Shown one piece after another: positions 12,586 to 23,039 of a DNA stretch of 64,000 nt. The number at the start of each line of letters is the position of its first letter. The first letter of the stretch is position 1. The notes under the pieces were generated by a model, which saw nothing but the letters and a program-made list of their open reading frames with translations, was not told the DNA's origin and searched no databases. The translations under genes were made by a program, and so were the position numbers. This DNA is from Flectonema sp. DT1601 (taxonomy: Eukaryota), in assembly GCA_964019425.1 (NCBI GenBank), contig OZ025799.1, forward strand, positions 682,001 to 746,000, read 5' to 3'.

Positions 12586-13617
12586 TCATCCAAAAGTTAA
12601 TATTTCAGGTTCAAGACTATCGACACTTCCAAATGAGGATCCCTGCTGAATAGGAAGGTCGCATATCATTACAATTTCTTCAGGTCCCCCTCCACCATCC
12701 TGTTGAGACCAATCAACTAGTGATAGAGGAGATGTGGGTGACCCGATGGCAGAACCTTCTTCTTCTACAAGAGCGCAGTGTGCGAGGATACAAGAGCCGT
12801 ATCTCGCAATTGCGTTTTTATCTTTTAAAAATGACGGAGACAAGACAGGATCTTCCGGAGTTGTATTCGTTGATTCAAAACATTCACCAAATGATGAAAT
12901 ATTAAGTGAAGCTCCAGGAGGAAGAGTCTTCGATAATGGAATGCCTGTACTCTGACCCAAACCTGAACCTGGACAGAATAACTGAGTCGCTGGTAGCTCA
13001 ACAACTTCTGCTGCTAGACTGGAATTCTCACTCGACGAATTCTCACTGGAGGTACCTGAACAAATAACTGCACCGAATTCTGTTACGGGTACTTGAAGCT
13101 CTTCCATTGGAAGTGAGCAGAGAGACCAATTTGAAACACTTCCAGTTTTATTATTTGGATTCTTTGCGCATGCAGTTGGCGGTGAAGCAACTAATTCCAT
13201 CATTTTTGGTGACGTCATTGATGCTATTTTAATAATTTCTACGGGAAGACTTTCAACACTTTCTATTGAAGCCCTTCTTTCTTTAATAAGGCAATTAACA
13301 GTGTTATGAAGTTCTTTCATTGCGTCGTGACACTCAGATCTCGAGTCCTCTTCTGTTTCATCATCGACTGTGTCGGTGTCGAGACCAGAAAACTGAGATT
13401 TCTTTTTATTGTTAAAAGAAAAAACCGATCTCTTATAGTTAATACTGCTGACGAGTTCACCGAAAACCTCCGATCCAGGTGTTTCAGAATTGTAACTTTC
13501 AGCTGTCATATGCGAAGGCTCCCTACCGAGTCCTGATGCCGCTTCACTCGTAATGTCAAATACATCTGCGACATCTCTCGGGAGGTAAGGAGTCTCAACG
13601 GCGACCTCTGCGTTCAT
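12586..13617 (-). CDS. Hypothetical Ser/Glu-rich low-complexity protein
   Basis: Long ORF in the cluster direction, first ATG at 13617 (MNAEVAVE), no recognisable domain. Confidence 0.7.
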   Translation of the reverse strand: MNAEVAVETPYLPRDVADVFDITSEAASGLGREPSHMTAESYNSETPGSEVFGELVSSINYKRSVFSFNNKKKSQFSGLDTDTVDDETEEDSRSECHDAMKELHNTVNCLIKERRASIESVESLPVEIIKIASMTSPKMMELVASPPTACAKNPNNKTGSVSNWSLCSLPMEELQVPVTEFGAVICSGTSSENSSSENSSLAAEVVELPATQLFCPGSGLGQSTGIPLSKTLPPGASLNISSFGECFESTNTTPEDPVLSPSFLKDKNAIARYGSCILAHCALVEEEGSAIGSPTSPLSLVDWSQQDGGGGPEEIVMICDLPIQQGSSFGSVDSLEPEILTFG

Positions 13618-14323
13618 TTTTGTTTGCTTTGTTGCTGTTAATGTCAATTATATTATTATTATTTTTTTTTTTTTAAATATCAAAAAAACAAAATTTAATA
13701 AAATCAGTAGTTACGACACAAAACCTCTAGAAGTCAAAAACATCTGAGAATGTGACTGGCTGGCAGAACGCAACATGAAGCTCAATGGAATATGTATAGA
13801 GCGCAAGGGGTTGCCGTAGACAGGGCTTTCGTGAAAAACGACTGACACCAATGGTCAGTAAAGAAGAGTGAGAATAGAAAATACAGCCAAAAATAGACCA
13901 CATTATCTGATCTACTTAATTGAACGATTTCGTCAAATTTGTGGCTTCAAAAACTACAAATTTGAGATACTTTACATCCGATCCGAATAACTAGAATCGT
14001 GAGAGAGTGTAAAAGGAAATTATGTTTCGTTTTTAAGGGAAAAATAAAACAACAAACAAAGCAAGGGGAAAAAGTTTGTGCAGCTGTGGATAAATATTCC
14101 ATTAAGGTTCTGGAGTAAACAAAAGACCTCTCTCGGATATTTTTTACCCACGACAAAAAAAAAAAACTTTTATTCGTTTGACGCATTGCGCAAGTACAGA
14201 AATAGAACATTACCTCTGAAAAATGACACTTCTCGATAGTGACTCAGAGTAAATAAAGAATATGGATAAAGAAAGAGATAACTTCCAGTTAATCGCCTAT
14301 GAATGAAAAAAAAAAAAAAAAAA

Positions 14324-14466
14324 CCATTCAGATTAACCTTATGTTTCGTTGAACGCAGTTGTTGAACGCAGACAAAATCCTGTCGCACGGGGAAAATAAA
14401 TCATGACCATAAGAAATAATCGGTTTTCAATCTAATGAATAGTTTCTTCTCCGACTACGTCGGTAC
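14324..14466 (+). repeat. Dispersed element, family B, copy 1
   Basis: Aligns with 26419-26545 from CCATTCAGAT through GAATAGTTTCTTCTCCGACTACGTCGGTAC. Terminal hairpin CCGAC-TAC-GTCGG, A-runs on both sides. Confidence 0.75.
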
Positions 14467-15755
14467 AAAAAAAAAACTGAGATTTTACCACATTCTCTAT
14501 TTGTCTGCTACGATGTTATCATTCGCTTTCTACAGATTAAAATTACAGCTTTTGTCGAGCTACATTTTTAATTAAAAAAAAAGGGGGACAGAAGTATAAA
14601 GAGAACAAAGGAAAATAAACTATATTCATCCCCTTAATGAGTACTGGTACTAGTGACTCATTGGAAACAAAAAAAATGGGACGAAGAGGGACGAAGAGGT
14701 TAGACGGTATTCGCCTTAGGCGTGCTATGAATCGTTTTAGATACGTATCAGAAGCTTACTTCACCGCAGTCACAGAGCACCGTAACATGTCATCAAAGCT
14801 ACGTAGGGGTGCAGTACACTAGATTGACACATAAAAAGCTCTAAAAAAAAAAAAAAAAAAAACAGAAACAGAATAAATAAATGAAAAGAGTGAAGAGCCC
14901 ATAAATTTGAGAGCCTCTATAAAACTGACTCAAAACGAACGATGCGATATAAAAAAATAAATAAAACTTTTTTTTTTTTTATAAAGCAAAGTTTTAAAGC
15001 ACTTTGATGTGACATCATTCCCACTAACAGCGCTGATCAAGCTCTGAGAGCTTTTGTTTCGATGCAGATTTGCAACTGTTTTCAGGTTCTCAAAAAAAAA
15101 AAAAAAAAGTGGTGGATGGGAAAGTTCGGGTCGGTATAGAAATAACTGATGTAAGTTAATGCAATCGAGTTTTGATCGGTAAAAATTAAATTAACACCGC
15201 GTAAAAAATAACAATAAAATCAACCCTGGTTTTATTCTCTCGGAGTCAGTGGAACCACATAACTGATGCCAAACGATCATCGAAAAAAGGGAGAGCAGGC
15301 GCACGTAACCAAACGAGCAACAACTTAAAGTTAAACTAGCTGCCTAGTTTAACCACAACTAACTTCACAACTGTTAGTCACACTCACGAACTGGGAGGGA
15401 AGGTGGGAACTGGCAATCGAATACCAGAATTTATTCTTTTTCTTTTTTCTTTGCAAGAATCAGCGGTTGGGGAAGTCACATGAGTCAGCCTAACAGTCGG
15501 AATAAAAGATAAAGAACGGAGATGAACACACCAAACATGAACCACTCCAGATGTAACATAACAACAGCTGTGTTACTTATGAAGTAGACATTCGGGTATT
15601 CTGAAATTATCATAAGCTATATTAGTGGTTCGAAATACGTTGTTTTGAGAAATAAAAAAAAACCTTAAAAACACATTATAAAAGATTAAAGAAGTCAGTC
15701 AGAAACAACAACAAAAAAAATTTGTTTTTTCTATTTTATAAAAAAGTCGACGAAT

Positions 15756-16316
15756 TCAACTCATGACCTGAAGATGTGTCTCAGAATGTGATGATGATGA
15801 CGGAAATAACCAAAAAGAGTCAATCACAGCAGCCATTAGGGAGATGATGTGAACTACGGCAGACGCGAATTGCACAATCGATGCTGTGCAATGATGAAAT
15901 GTGTCATGAGCCTTCCAAGTATTGAACTCACATCTAGTGATAATAACACCAGATTTCCCAATGCTGATGCTGAAGACGTAGAAACTCAACAGACTTCCTA
16001 TTTGAAGAGAACGATACACCGCTGGGTCAATTTCTGTTTCATCAGCTACGAGGATGTAGCTTAGAAGCACAGTACTGTTTTTGGATATTAATTTATCATT
16101 TGAAATACACGATGGATTCACCAATTGAACGAACGATAGAAACAAAACATACATTATCACCGATAGTACGAATGCCACCAACTCTGGTATTCTCATGGCT
16201 GTCATCTCTCCTTCGTGTTCAACTCCAAGACCGAATCCGACTAAGAAGAAAAACAGAGACAGGAACATAAATACAAATATCACTTTACGTGATCGAGGAG
16301 TTCCAAAACACGTCAT
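15756..16316 (-). CDS. Hypothetical multi-pass membrane protein
   Basis: 186-aa ATG-initiated ORF with about four hydrophobic segments. Confidence 0.6.
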   Translation of the reverse strand: MTCFGTPRSRKVIFVFMFLSLFFFLVGFGLGVEHEGEMTAMRIPELVAFVLSVIMYVLFLSFVQLVNPSCISNDKLISKNSTVLLSYILVADETEIDPAVYRSLQIGSLLSFYVFSISIGKSGVIITRCEFNTWKAHDTFHHCTASIVQFASAVVHIISLMAAVIDSFWLFPSSSSHSETHLQVMS

Positions 16317-16531
16317 ATTCCTACTTTGTGTACATCTGAGAAGTGAAGTAATAAACAGACTACCAGACTACTGTAATATTTTCAAAACTAATTCGATATT
16401 CTGAATTAATACGACAGGAAGTCAATAAGATAAAAGCGAGTTCAGTCTCACTGGTTGACTTTATCCAGAATTCGTAATTTACCTCAACTCACAACTACCT
16501 ACTCGATTAGTATAAAAAAAGTTCCAAGCGA

Positions 16532-18157
16532 CTACGCTAGTCTGATGGCATCGAGAGCTGCAGAAAGAAGTCGCTGTCGGGCTACTTTCTGACTTTTTGA
16601 TTTTTCTTTGAATGCACGAAGGATGTTTGGGGCACTGACGTCAAGTTTTTCTGGAACTTTTGAATTTGATTCCATCAGTGGGTCTCTGTGTGGCTCGTCT
16701 ACTAGTTTATGAGAAGGAGGAGAAGACAGAGCTGAAGAAAGAGATTGCCTTCTCGACTTCGGCTCTTGACGTTTGATATTAACAGGAGCATCAGATGAAG
16801 CAATTCTACGAAGTATGTCATCAAGGTCTGTTTCCGTTGGTATTTTCGGCTTTTTCGAAATTGTTTTCTTCACCTTCGGTTCACCTTCAGATTTACTGAT
16901 TTCAGTAAAATTATCTTCCAATTGAGTACTCTCTTCAATTGCAAAATCTCTTATTTTATTCTTCATATCAGTCGTAACAGTTAGACCAATTCTAGACATT
17001 GATTCTTGTAGGTCGATAATACTCTGTGTTTTACCACATTTCATATAGACTTCAATTAGCATTTCGTATAACATCACAGCCCGAGTGTGCTTAGAGAGAA
17101 TTGCCTGTTTTAAAGTATCTTCAGCGAGGACTACGAGACGTTCTTTTACAGGATTTGTTGAAACAGCTGCGACATCTCTAAACATCATTAAGATGATGAT
17201 GTAAGTTGAAGTGTTTGGGATGACACCCGAGCGACTCATTCTACTTGTTTGAAATAAGAATTGTTCCAAGTCACCAGCCTTGCGATAAACTCTGAATAAT
17301 ATATTCCAGTGATTTACGTGATTCAGCCCTTGGTGTAGTAGCTGCTCATGGAAGTCAGATGCTGGTAGTACTTCACCCCTGTGTATACAGCAACCTATTA
17401 AAGCTAATATAACAGAAACATTCTGATCAAGTGGTCTCTTAAGTTTCCATAATCGACAGTTTTTACCAATAGCTAGCAATAGTCTTCTTCCTTGTGCAAA
17501 GTCACCGCAGCAGCTTAACGCCGATGTTATTGTTGCTGCGTTGGCTGGGATCCCATCTGCAGATAAAGCACGTAATGCGTGTCTAACTAAAGAATTTCCG
17601 TCTGTTCCTTTGGTTGTTGAGATCAGCACTAGTAGTGAGTTGTACGTTCCAGTAGTTGGCTTTAATCCTCGTTGGACCATATCCGATCGAAACTTCTTCC
17701 AATTCTCATCGTCTCCTCTCTTAGCGTGAACCATAAGCAGATTATCAAAGAATCCGGCAGTTGGTTTTATGTTATTTTTTATCATCGAATTATAGATCTC
17801 CCTACAGAGAGAAGGAACACCAAACCAGGTATATAAAATAGATTGAACTTCCCTTGTCTTTGGTCCGATTGTACAATTTCTTTTTTGAAGTCTTCCAACG
17901 TCGAGAGTTATTCTATATGTTAAATAATTACGTTGAGTGTTTTCCAATCGAAGGTATCCACCAGACTTCTCACTGTAAGGTCGGATGAAGGCATGATGGA
18001 GGTATGACGCTGTGGCTGTATCACTTAGATCGACGGGCATTTTTGACTCATCCAACGATATAGGAATATTAATTTCATGATTCCGTTCAATTGACAGTCG
18101 CATAGCCCCAGGAGGCCTTGCTAAAGTGTTTGACAACAATAGACGACTGACTCTCAT
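16532..18157 (-). CDS. Pentatricopeptide-repeat (PPR)-like protein, probably mitochondrial
   Basis: 541 aa with ~35-aa repeats such as MIKNNIKPTAGFFDNLL, MVQRGLKPTTGTYNSLL and MSRSGVIPNTSTYIIIL. Arg/Ser-rich presequence-like N-terminus. Confidence 0.8.
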   Translation of the reverse strand: MRVSRLLLSNTLARPPGAMRLSIERNHEINIPISLDESKMPVDLSDTATASYLHHAFIRPYSEKSGGYLRLENTQRNYLTYRITLDVGRLQKRNCTIGPKTREVQSILYTWFGVPSLCREIYNSMIKNNIKPTAGFFDNLLMVHAKRGDDENWKKFRSDMVQRGLKPTTGTYNSLLVLISTTKGTDGNSLVRHALRALSADGIPANAATITSALSCCGDFAQGRRLLLAIGKNCRLWKLKRPLDQNVSVILALIGCCIHRGEVLPASDFHEQLLHQGLNHVNHWNILFRVYRKAGDLEQFLFQTSRMSRSGVIPNTSTYIIILMMFRDVAAVSTNPVKERLVVLAEDTLKQAILSKHTRAVMLYEMLIEVYMKCGKTQSIIDLQESMSRIGLTVTTDMKNKIRDFAIEESTQLEDNFTEISKSEGEPKVKKTISKKPKIPTETDLDDILRRIASSDAPVNIKRQEPKSRRQSLSSALSSPPSHKLVDEPHRDPLMESNSKVPEKLDVSAPNILRAFKEKSKSQKVARQRLLSAALDAIRLA

Positions 18158-18390
18158 CTTGATTTAGTGTTTGTTGCGAAGAGACATCGTAAAAAGAAAA
18201 AAAAAAAGTCTTATCAATTATTCATTTTTTTTTTTGACCTGTTTTGAACGAAAGTTATCCAAGTCAGAGACTTCTTTTCCGAAACTGTTCCCAAGTGTCA
18301 AAACCCTCGAAATTATCCCCATTTTCTGTTTCAGGAGATAACACAAAGGGCTTTGAATCCCTCAAAAACGACAACAATAATTTCTTTTTA

Positions 18391-18952
18391 GGGGGCCATC
18401 ACTGGTATAAAAAGCTAGTACTTCGCCTGACGACAAAATTCCGGCACTTTGATGCTCGGGTCCGGTTTTGTCTCACTACCGACAATATGAATGTATTATT
18501 TAATAAGATGCTAAAATCCAAAATAATGCGGAGTACTTGCATTGCAGTGATCTGCAGTCAAAGTGAAAACACTCCAAAAAAGACTCTCAACAGATCAGAT
18601 ACACTGGTTAATTCTAAAAAAAATTTGATAAATACCGATTCGGTGTTTATCAAACTTGTACCCCTTTAAAGGGGTCTAAGAATGATTTCTACTATTTTTC
18701 AAAATAATGGGTTACCTGCCAAAGCATCCGAAATAATTACCCCCTTACATGGTTTTTTTTTTCTTTTTAAGGCACCTTTTCGGGTGTAGAAAAAAAAAAA
18801 AAAAAACTTTTTTAAAAATGTCTACCCGGAATGCTAAGTCGACGCCCACAATCTCAATGGACAAATCAAAATTCGCACTGATTTTTTTGATTAGACTCTG
18901 GCAGTTAGGATAAATAATTTGTGTCGCTCAAAAATGGGTGATGGCCCCCCCC
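18391..18952. mobile_element. Putative PIF/Harbinger-like MITE
   Basis: GGGGGCCATCAC (18391-18402) is inverted relative to GTGATGGCCCCCCCC (18938-18952). Flanks TTA / TAA. Internal palindrome ACCCCTTTAAAGGGGT at ~18660. Confidence 0.45.
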
Positions 18953-19025
18953 TAATTCAGTATCATTAGAAACAAACAAACAATTAAACAAAAAAAAAAA
19001 AAAAAAAAAAAAAATCTGTATAAGA

Positions 19026-19258
19026 ACATTATTCAAGTCACCTCCGTGTAATGTACACGGTGGGGAAAGCGTTACAGCTTTTAAGAAGTGATACTGTGTT
19101 TTGGTTTTGTTAAATTATGTGCTAGTACAAAACCCTGTCAGTAATAATTACATACCTCCAGTTGTCTTACAATGCATAGCCAGTATCCTTACGGGGGGCT
19201 ACGAATCATCAATCGACTTTGAGTTTCGGGATGATATTTCGGAGGGAGACTAATTGGA
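19026..19258 (-). pseudogene. Decayed partial duplicate of the 3' end (including the intron) of the 19507-20273 gene
   Basis: Aligns with ~19486-19757, e.g. the shared AAGCGTTACAGCTTTTAAGAAGTGATACTGTGTTTTGGTTTTGTTAAATTATGTGCTAGTACAAAAC, with many small deletions. Confidence 0.85.
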
Positions 19259-19416
19259 TTTCGTCGATTTCTTTTTTTGGATTAGATCCTGGCAGCTGTG
19301 CTAAATAGCTTTTGTCACACGTCATCATCAACGACATGTGCGGCATCAGAAGAAAAAAAAACTTAGCTCAAAAAAAAAATAATAATAGAAATCCATCGAT
19401 AGTTTTATTGTAGTAA

Positions 19417-19478
19417 GGAAAATTCTCCGTTGCTACCCCAAATCTTTTTTTTTTTATGTAGGCAACGGAGAATTTTCC
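19417..19478. mobile_element. 62-bp miniature TIR element with a 9-bp TSD (Mutator-like signature)
   Basis: GGAAAATTCTCCGTTGC (19417-19433) and GCAACGGAGAATTTTCC (19462-19478) form a perfect inverted repeat. TTGTAGTAA at 19408-19416 and 19479-19487. Confidence 0.8.
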
Positions 19479-19506
19479 TTGTAGTAACATTATTTCATAA
19501 AAGTAA

Positions 19507-20273
19507 TCACCTGCGTGTAATGTACACCGTGGAGCTACTGTGGGGAAGCGTTACAGCTTTTAAGAAGTGATACTGTGTTTTGGTTTTGTTAAATTATGTG
19601 CTAGTACAAAACTCTTTTAATAATAATTACATACCTCCCTTACCAGTTGTCTTACAATGCGTTCATAGCCAGTGTCCTTACTTGGGGCTACAAGCATTAT
19701 CAAAGAGCCGACTCTGCATTTTGGGATGATATTGCGGAGGGAGCCTAGGGCATTGGAAGTTGTTTTTGGATCATCCATTTGGAAATATAAAAAGTCAATT
19801 GACTCAGTTGGGACTTGACTTGGATCAGTTGCTAATTCAAACACGTGTTCGGAGTCTTTTGCTTTCAAGTCGCAGACCTTTCCACTGCAACTACTTTGTG
19901 AAAACCAAAGCTTTTGATACATCGTCCACTTTGTTAGTAACGTATCGACATCAGAAGATATTTGATTTCCCACAAAGTAGCCATTGTGCTTTCCCTCCTT
20001 TTGTAGTTGCAGTCCAAAGGATAAAACGTCGTTTGAAGGCACATCTAGTGAAGGCAATATAATGCTAGTACTCTCTGTTTGCTTACTAAGTGGGTCATCT
20101 CCTTGTTGGTGTTGAATGTTTTGCTTTAATTCATTTTTTATCGAAGCCAATTCTTTCAGCATATCATTCAAACCCTTCTCTGCCTGACTTTGTTGTGAAT
20201 GCTGTACGTAAAACCATATTACCAACACAACAACAACCCAAGGAGCTATAATATTGATATTCATGTTTGCCAT
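19507..20273 (-). CDS. Type II membrane protein, possibly SAM-methyltransferase-like; exons 20273-19635 and 19572-19507
   Basis: N-terminal TM plus coiled coil. SIDFLYFQMD...LRNIIPKCRVGSLIML resembles class I MTase C-terminal motifs. A 62-nt GTATGT..CAG intron restores the frame to YHFLKAVTLPHSSSTVYITRR*. Confidence 0.7.
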
Positions 20274-20564
20274 GTTTTTTTTATTTTATTTATTTTTATT
20301 ATTATTTTTACCTAACTAAAGAATGGTTTCACTTACAATACAAAACGTCTCTTTCGCAGTATTTTTTTTTTTTTTGCGTTTTTTTTTTTTTTTTCCCCGC
20401 TAAGAAAATAAGTCATACAACCTATTTTTATAATACACTGGGGACTGGTCTAACACCACCACCACAAGTTAGGAAAAATAGACAATATAAAAAAAAAAAA
20501 AACTTCTTTTGTCAGAATTGAGAGAATCATTTTCAACTAAAATAACGTGGGAACACCACAAAAA

Positions 20565-20637
20565 AATTGTTTGTGCGCAACCGGAAACAAGCCTATAAAG
20601 TAAGGGTGTTAACGTTACGCTGCCACAATTCTCTTTC
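20565..20637 (+). repeat. Family A element, partial diverged copy
   Basis: TTGTTTGTGCGCAACCGG...GTTACGCTGCCACAATTCTCTTTC, shared with 2693-2832. Confidence 0.75.
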
Positions 20638-21120
20638 GCTCGTAAACATGTCTTCGAGATGAAAAGAAAAGCAACAACACAAGTATTCCATATCAGTGTT
20701 TTGAAGTACTCAAAACTAGATAAAATGTAGATGGCTCCTAGAGCAAGAAGAATGACTATTTTAACTGTGTAGTTAAGACGTGAAAATCAGATCAAAAAAA
20801 AAAAAAAAAAAATAGCTAAGAAGTGTCACATCTTCCATCACAAGATTCACACTAAAGAAACAACAACAGCAACAACAACAACAACAACAGATAACGGAGG
20901 CTAATCCTTGCGTGCCACTGCCCCACATTAATAAAAAGTGTGGTCTCAGGGCTAAGCTCCCCATCAAGAAATTTAACAATCTATCATTCCCACGAGTACG
21001 TTGGAGGAATGACTTTATAACTGGTCTGAGATATTCTCCATCACGTCAATGGTAAGCAGCTTCTGAGCTCAGTACGTTTGTACAACAAAAAAAAGAAAGA
21101 CATAAATCTCATGAAGTTTT

Positions 21121-22797
21121 CTAGGAAGCCATAACATCAACTGAGTCCTGTAGGATTCCAAGTTCCTTTAGAACACTGAGAGCTCCATAATTACCTCCCA
21201 GCAGGTTGATTGCTCTCGCAAGTTTGGTCCAGTCTTCCATGTCTGTGTAAATTTGACAACTACAACGAATACACAGAGTAGACACACCTAAGATATCCGT
21301 TACTAGTAAGAATGCAGTGATGTTATGTCTTTGCATTAAGTAGCCCATTACCTTTCCAGCTGTAAAACCATCAGCTCCACCTCCATTAGGTAGAGGCATG
21401 ATAGGCATATTACCATAATACTCAACTGTTCCTTGAAGAGGTTTAGTTCCCCACGCTTCAGATAGTAACACAACACATTTCTGTGCCTGATCACGACAGT
21501 AATTTCTAATTGGTGCCATTCCTCCAAAGACGTTATTTATGAAATCGAGAGCGTCTATCGTTGCACACCACGTAGAGAAGTCTTGAAGTCCATAATACGA
21601 AAACTCTTTTAAATAAGTTCCGCCATCAAAGTAAGAAACAGTTAACGGATGAGTACACTTCTGTTTGTGAGGCTGAGTCACAAGAAAAGCAACTCCTTGA
21701 CAGCTGTACATCCACTTGTGAACTGTTCCGAGGTACCAATCAGCTCCAATCTGAGCCACGTTAAGGTCAAGGTGACCAGCAGCTTGTGCTCCATCGATCA
21801 TGACAGATATTCCGTATGAATGAAATAGTTTTCTGAGTTTCTTTGCGGGGAATATCCAGGCGGTTTTTGAAGTGACGTGGCAGAAGTTCGCCAACTTTGG
21901 AAGTGGGGGATCGTGTTTTTTAAGATTTTCGAGATAAGCCTTCACAGTTTCAACAATGTTCTCATTAGTACGTAGTTTTGTGAGATCCATCGGAACTTCC
22001 ATAATTTCTACTCCCTTTTCTCTCGTGAGCCACTCGGTAGCGTTTTTAGTCGCATCGTAATCGCAAGAGAAGATGAGCATACGATCACCAACCTCCCAAG
22101 GAAGGGATTTCAATACTACAGAGGTAGCGTAGTTGGCGTTTAAAACTATTTTAGTATCTGAAGGATCAGATCCAATGACTTCTGCTAAACGTTGTTCTGC
22201 TTGTCTGAGACGAATAGGAAGAGCTTTAAATCTCCACATCACTGGATTCTTTTGATTAGCCAAGTCCCACTGAGCTCTCGCTTCCATTACTGGTTTTGGT
22301 GTCGCTCCGTATGAGGCAGCGTTTAAGAAACCCTCATCTAAATCAAAGTACAGCAGTCTGATGTTCTTACCGAACTTTACTTCTAATTCCTTCCCCTGAA
22401 GTCTTTCGCATGACATCATCTTTCCAAGTTTCTTCCAACGGGTTCCCCAGGGAACGTTTGATTCTAGTGCTCCAATAGTATCCCCAGTGGCGTCGTAGAA
22501 CACCTGTTTTATCTTTGCTTCACCGTAGTTCAACATGGAATTACCGTGAATGGCATCGAAGATCTTCTCAGTTGCGGTGTCGATGATATCATCCATAGCA
22601 ACTCGTTGATCTGCGTGGTAGGCAGCCTTCTTTTTAATTAAGTCGCGCACCTTTGTTCTCGCTGTTGATGGTTTTAAGTCAGCCAACATCTTTCTTAGCT
22701 CCTCATTCTCACGCTGCAGCTCTTCTAGTTCAGAAGAACCGCCAATTCCAACTGCCTTTCCAGCTCCCTGAACTTTTCCCTTTATCGATGCGAACAT
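21121..22797 (-). CDS. PLP-dependent class V aminotransferase (isopenicillin N epimerase / Egt2 / cysteine desulfhydrase-like) with an N-terminal coiled-coil extension
   Basis: Motifs FLNAASYGATP, CHVTSKTAWIFP, IDGAQAAG and DWYLGTVHKW (PLP lysine). Confidence 0.88.
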   Translation of the reverse strand: MFASIKGKVQGAGKAVGIGGSSELEELQRENEELRKMLADLKPSTARTKVRDLIKKKAAYHADQRVAMDDIIDTATEKIFDAIHGNSMLNYGEAKIKQVFYDATGDTIGALESNVPWGTRWKKLGKMMSCERLQGKELEVKFGKNIRLLYFDLDEGFLNAASYGATPKPVMEARAQWDLANQKNPVMWRFKALPIRLRQAEQRLAEVIGSDPSDTKIVLNANYATSVVLKSLPWEVGDRMLIFSCDYDATKNATEWLTREKGVEIMEVPMDLTKLRTNENIVETVKAYLENLKKHDPPLPKLANFCHVTSKTAWIFPAKKLRKLFHSYGISVMIDGAQAAGHLDLNVAQIGADWYLGTVHKWMYSCQGVAFLVTQPHKQKCTHPLTVSYFDGGTYLKEFSYYGLQDFSTWCATIDALDFINNVFGGMAPIRNYCRDQAQKCVVLLSEAWGTKPLQGTVEYYGNMPIMPLPNGGGADGFTAGKVMGYLMQRHNITAFLLVTDILGVSTLCIRCSCQIYTDMEDWTKLARAINLLGGNYGALSVLKELGILQDSVDVMAS

Positions 22798-23039
22798 CTT
22801 GTTGGTTCTGAAAGATGAAAACTATTTTATTTAATTTCTCTTATTAACTGCTAAACTGTAAATATCACTCCGCTTTCATAGTGTATTGTGTTACTGAAAA
22901 TAAAACTCTTATGTGGTTGGCAATTCACACGAATATATTTTTTCTTAAATTAAGATGAACTGTGAATGACATCTTGTAAAAGATGTCGGAGCCTCGTGAG
23001 GCAACTTCTCGGCTAAGTTAAGATTAATATGTACTCTCT

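Noticed and set aside
18244..18669. 141-aa plus-strand ORF as a possible transposase
   Set aside because: Non-ATG start, no recognisable motifs, and it crosses the putative MITE boundary.
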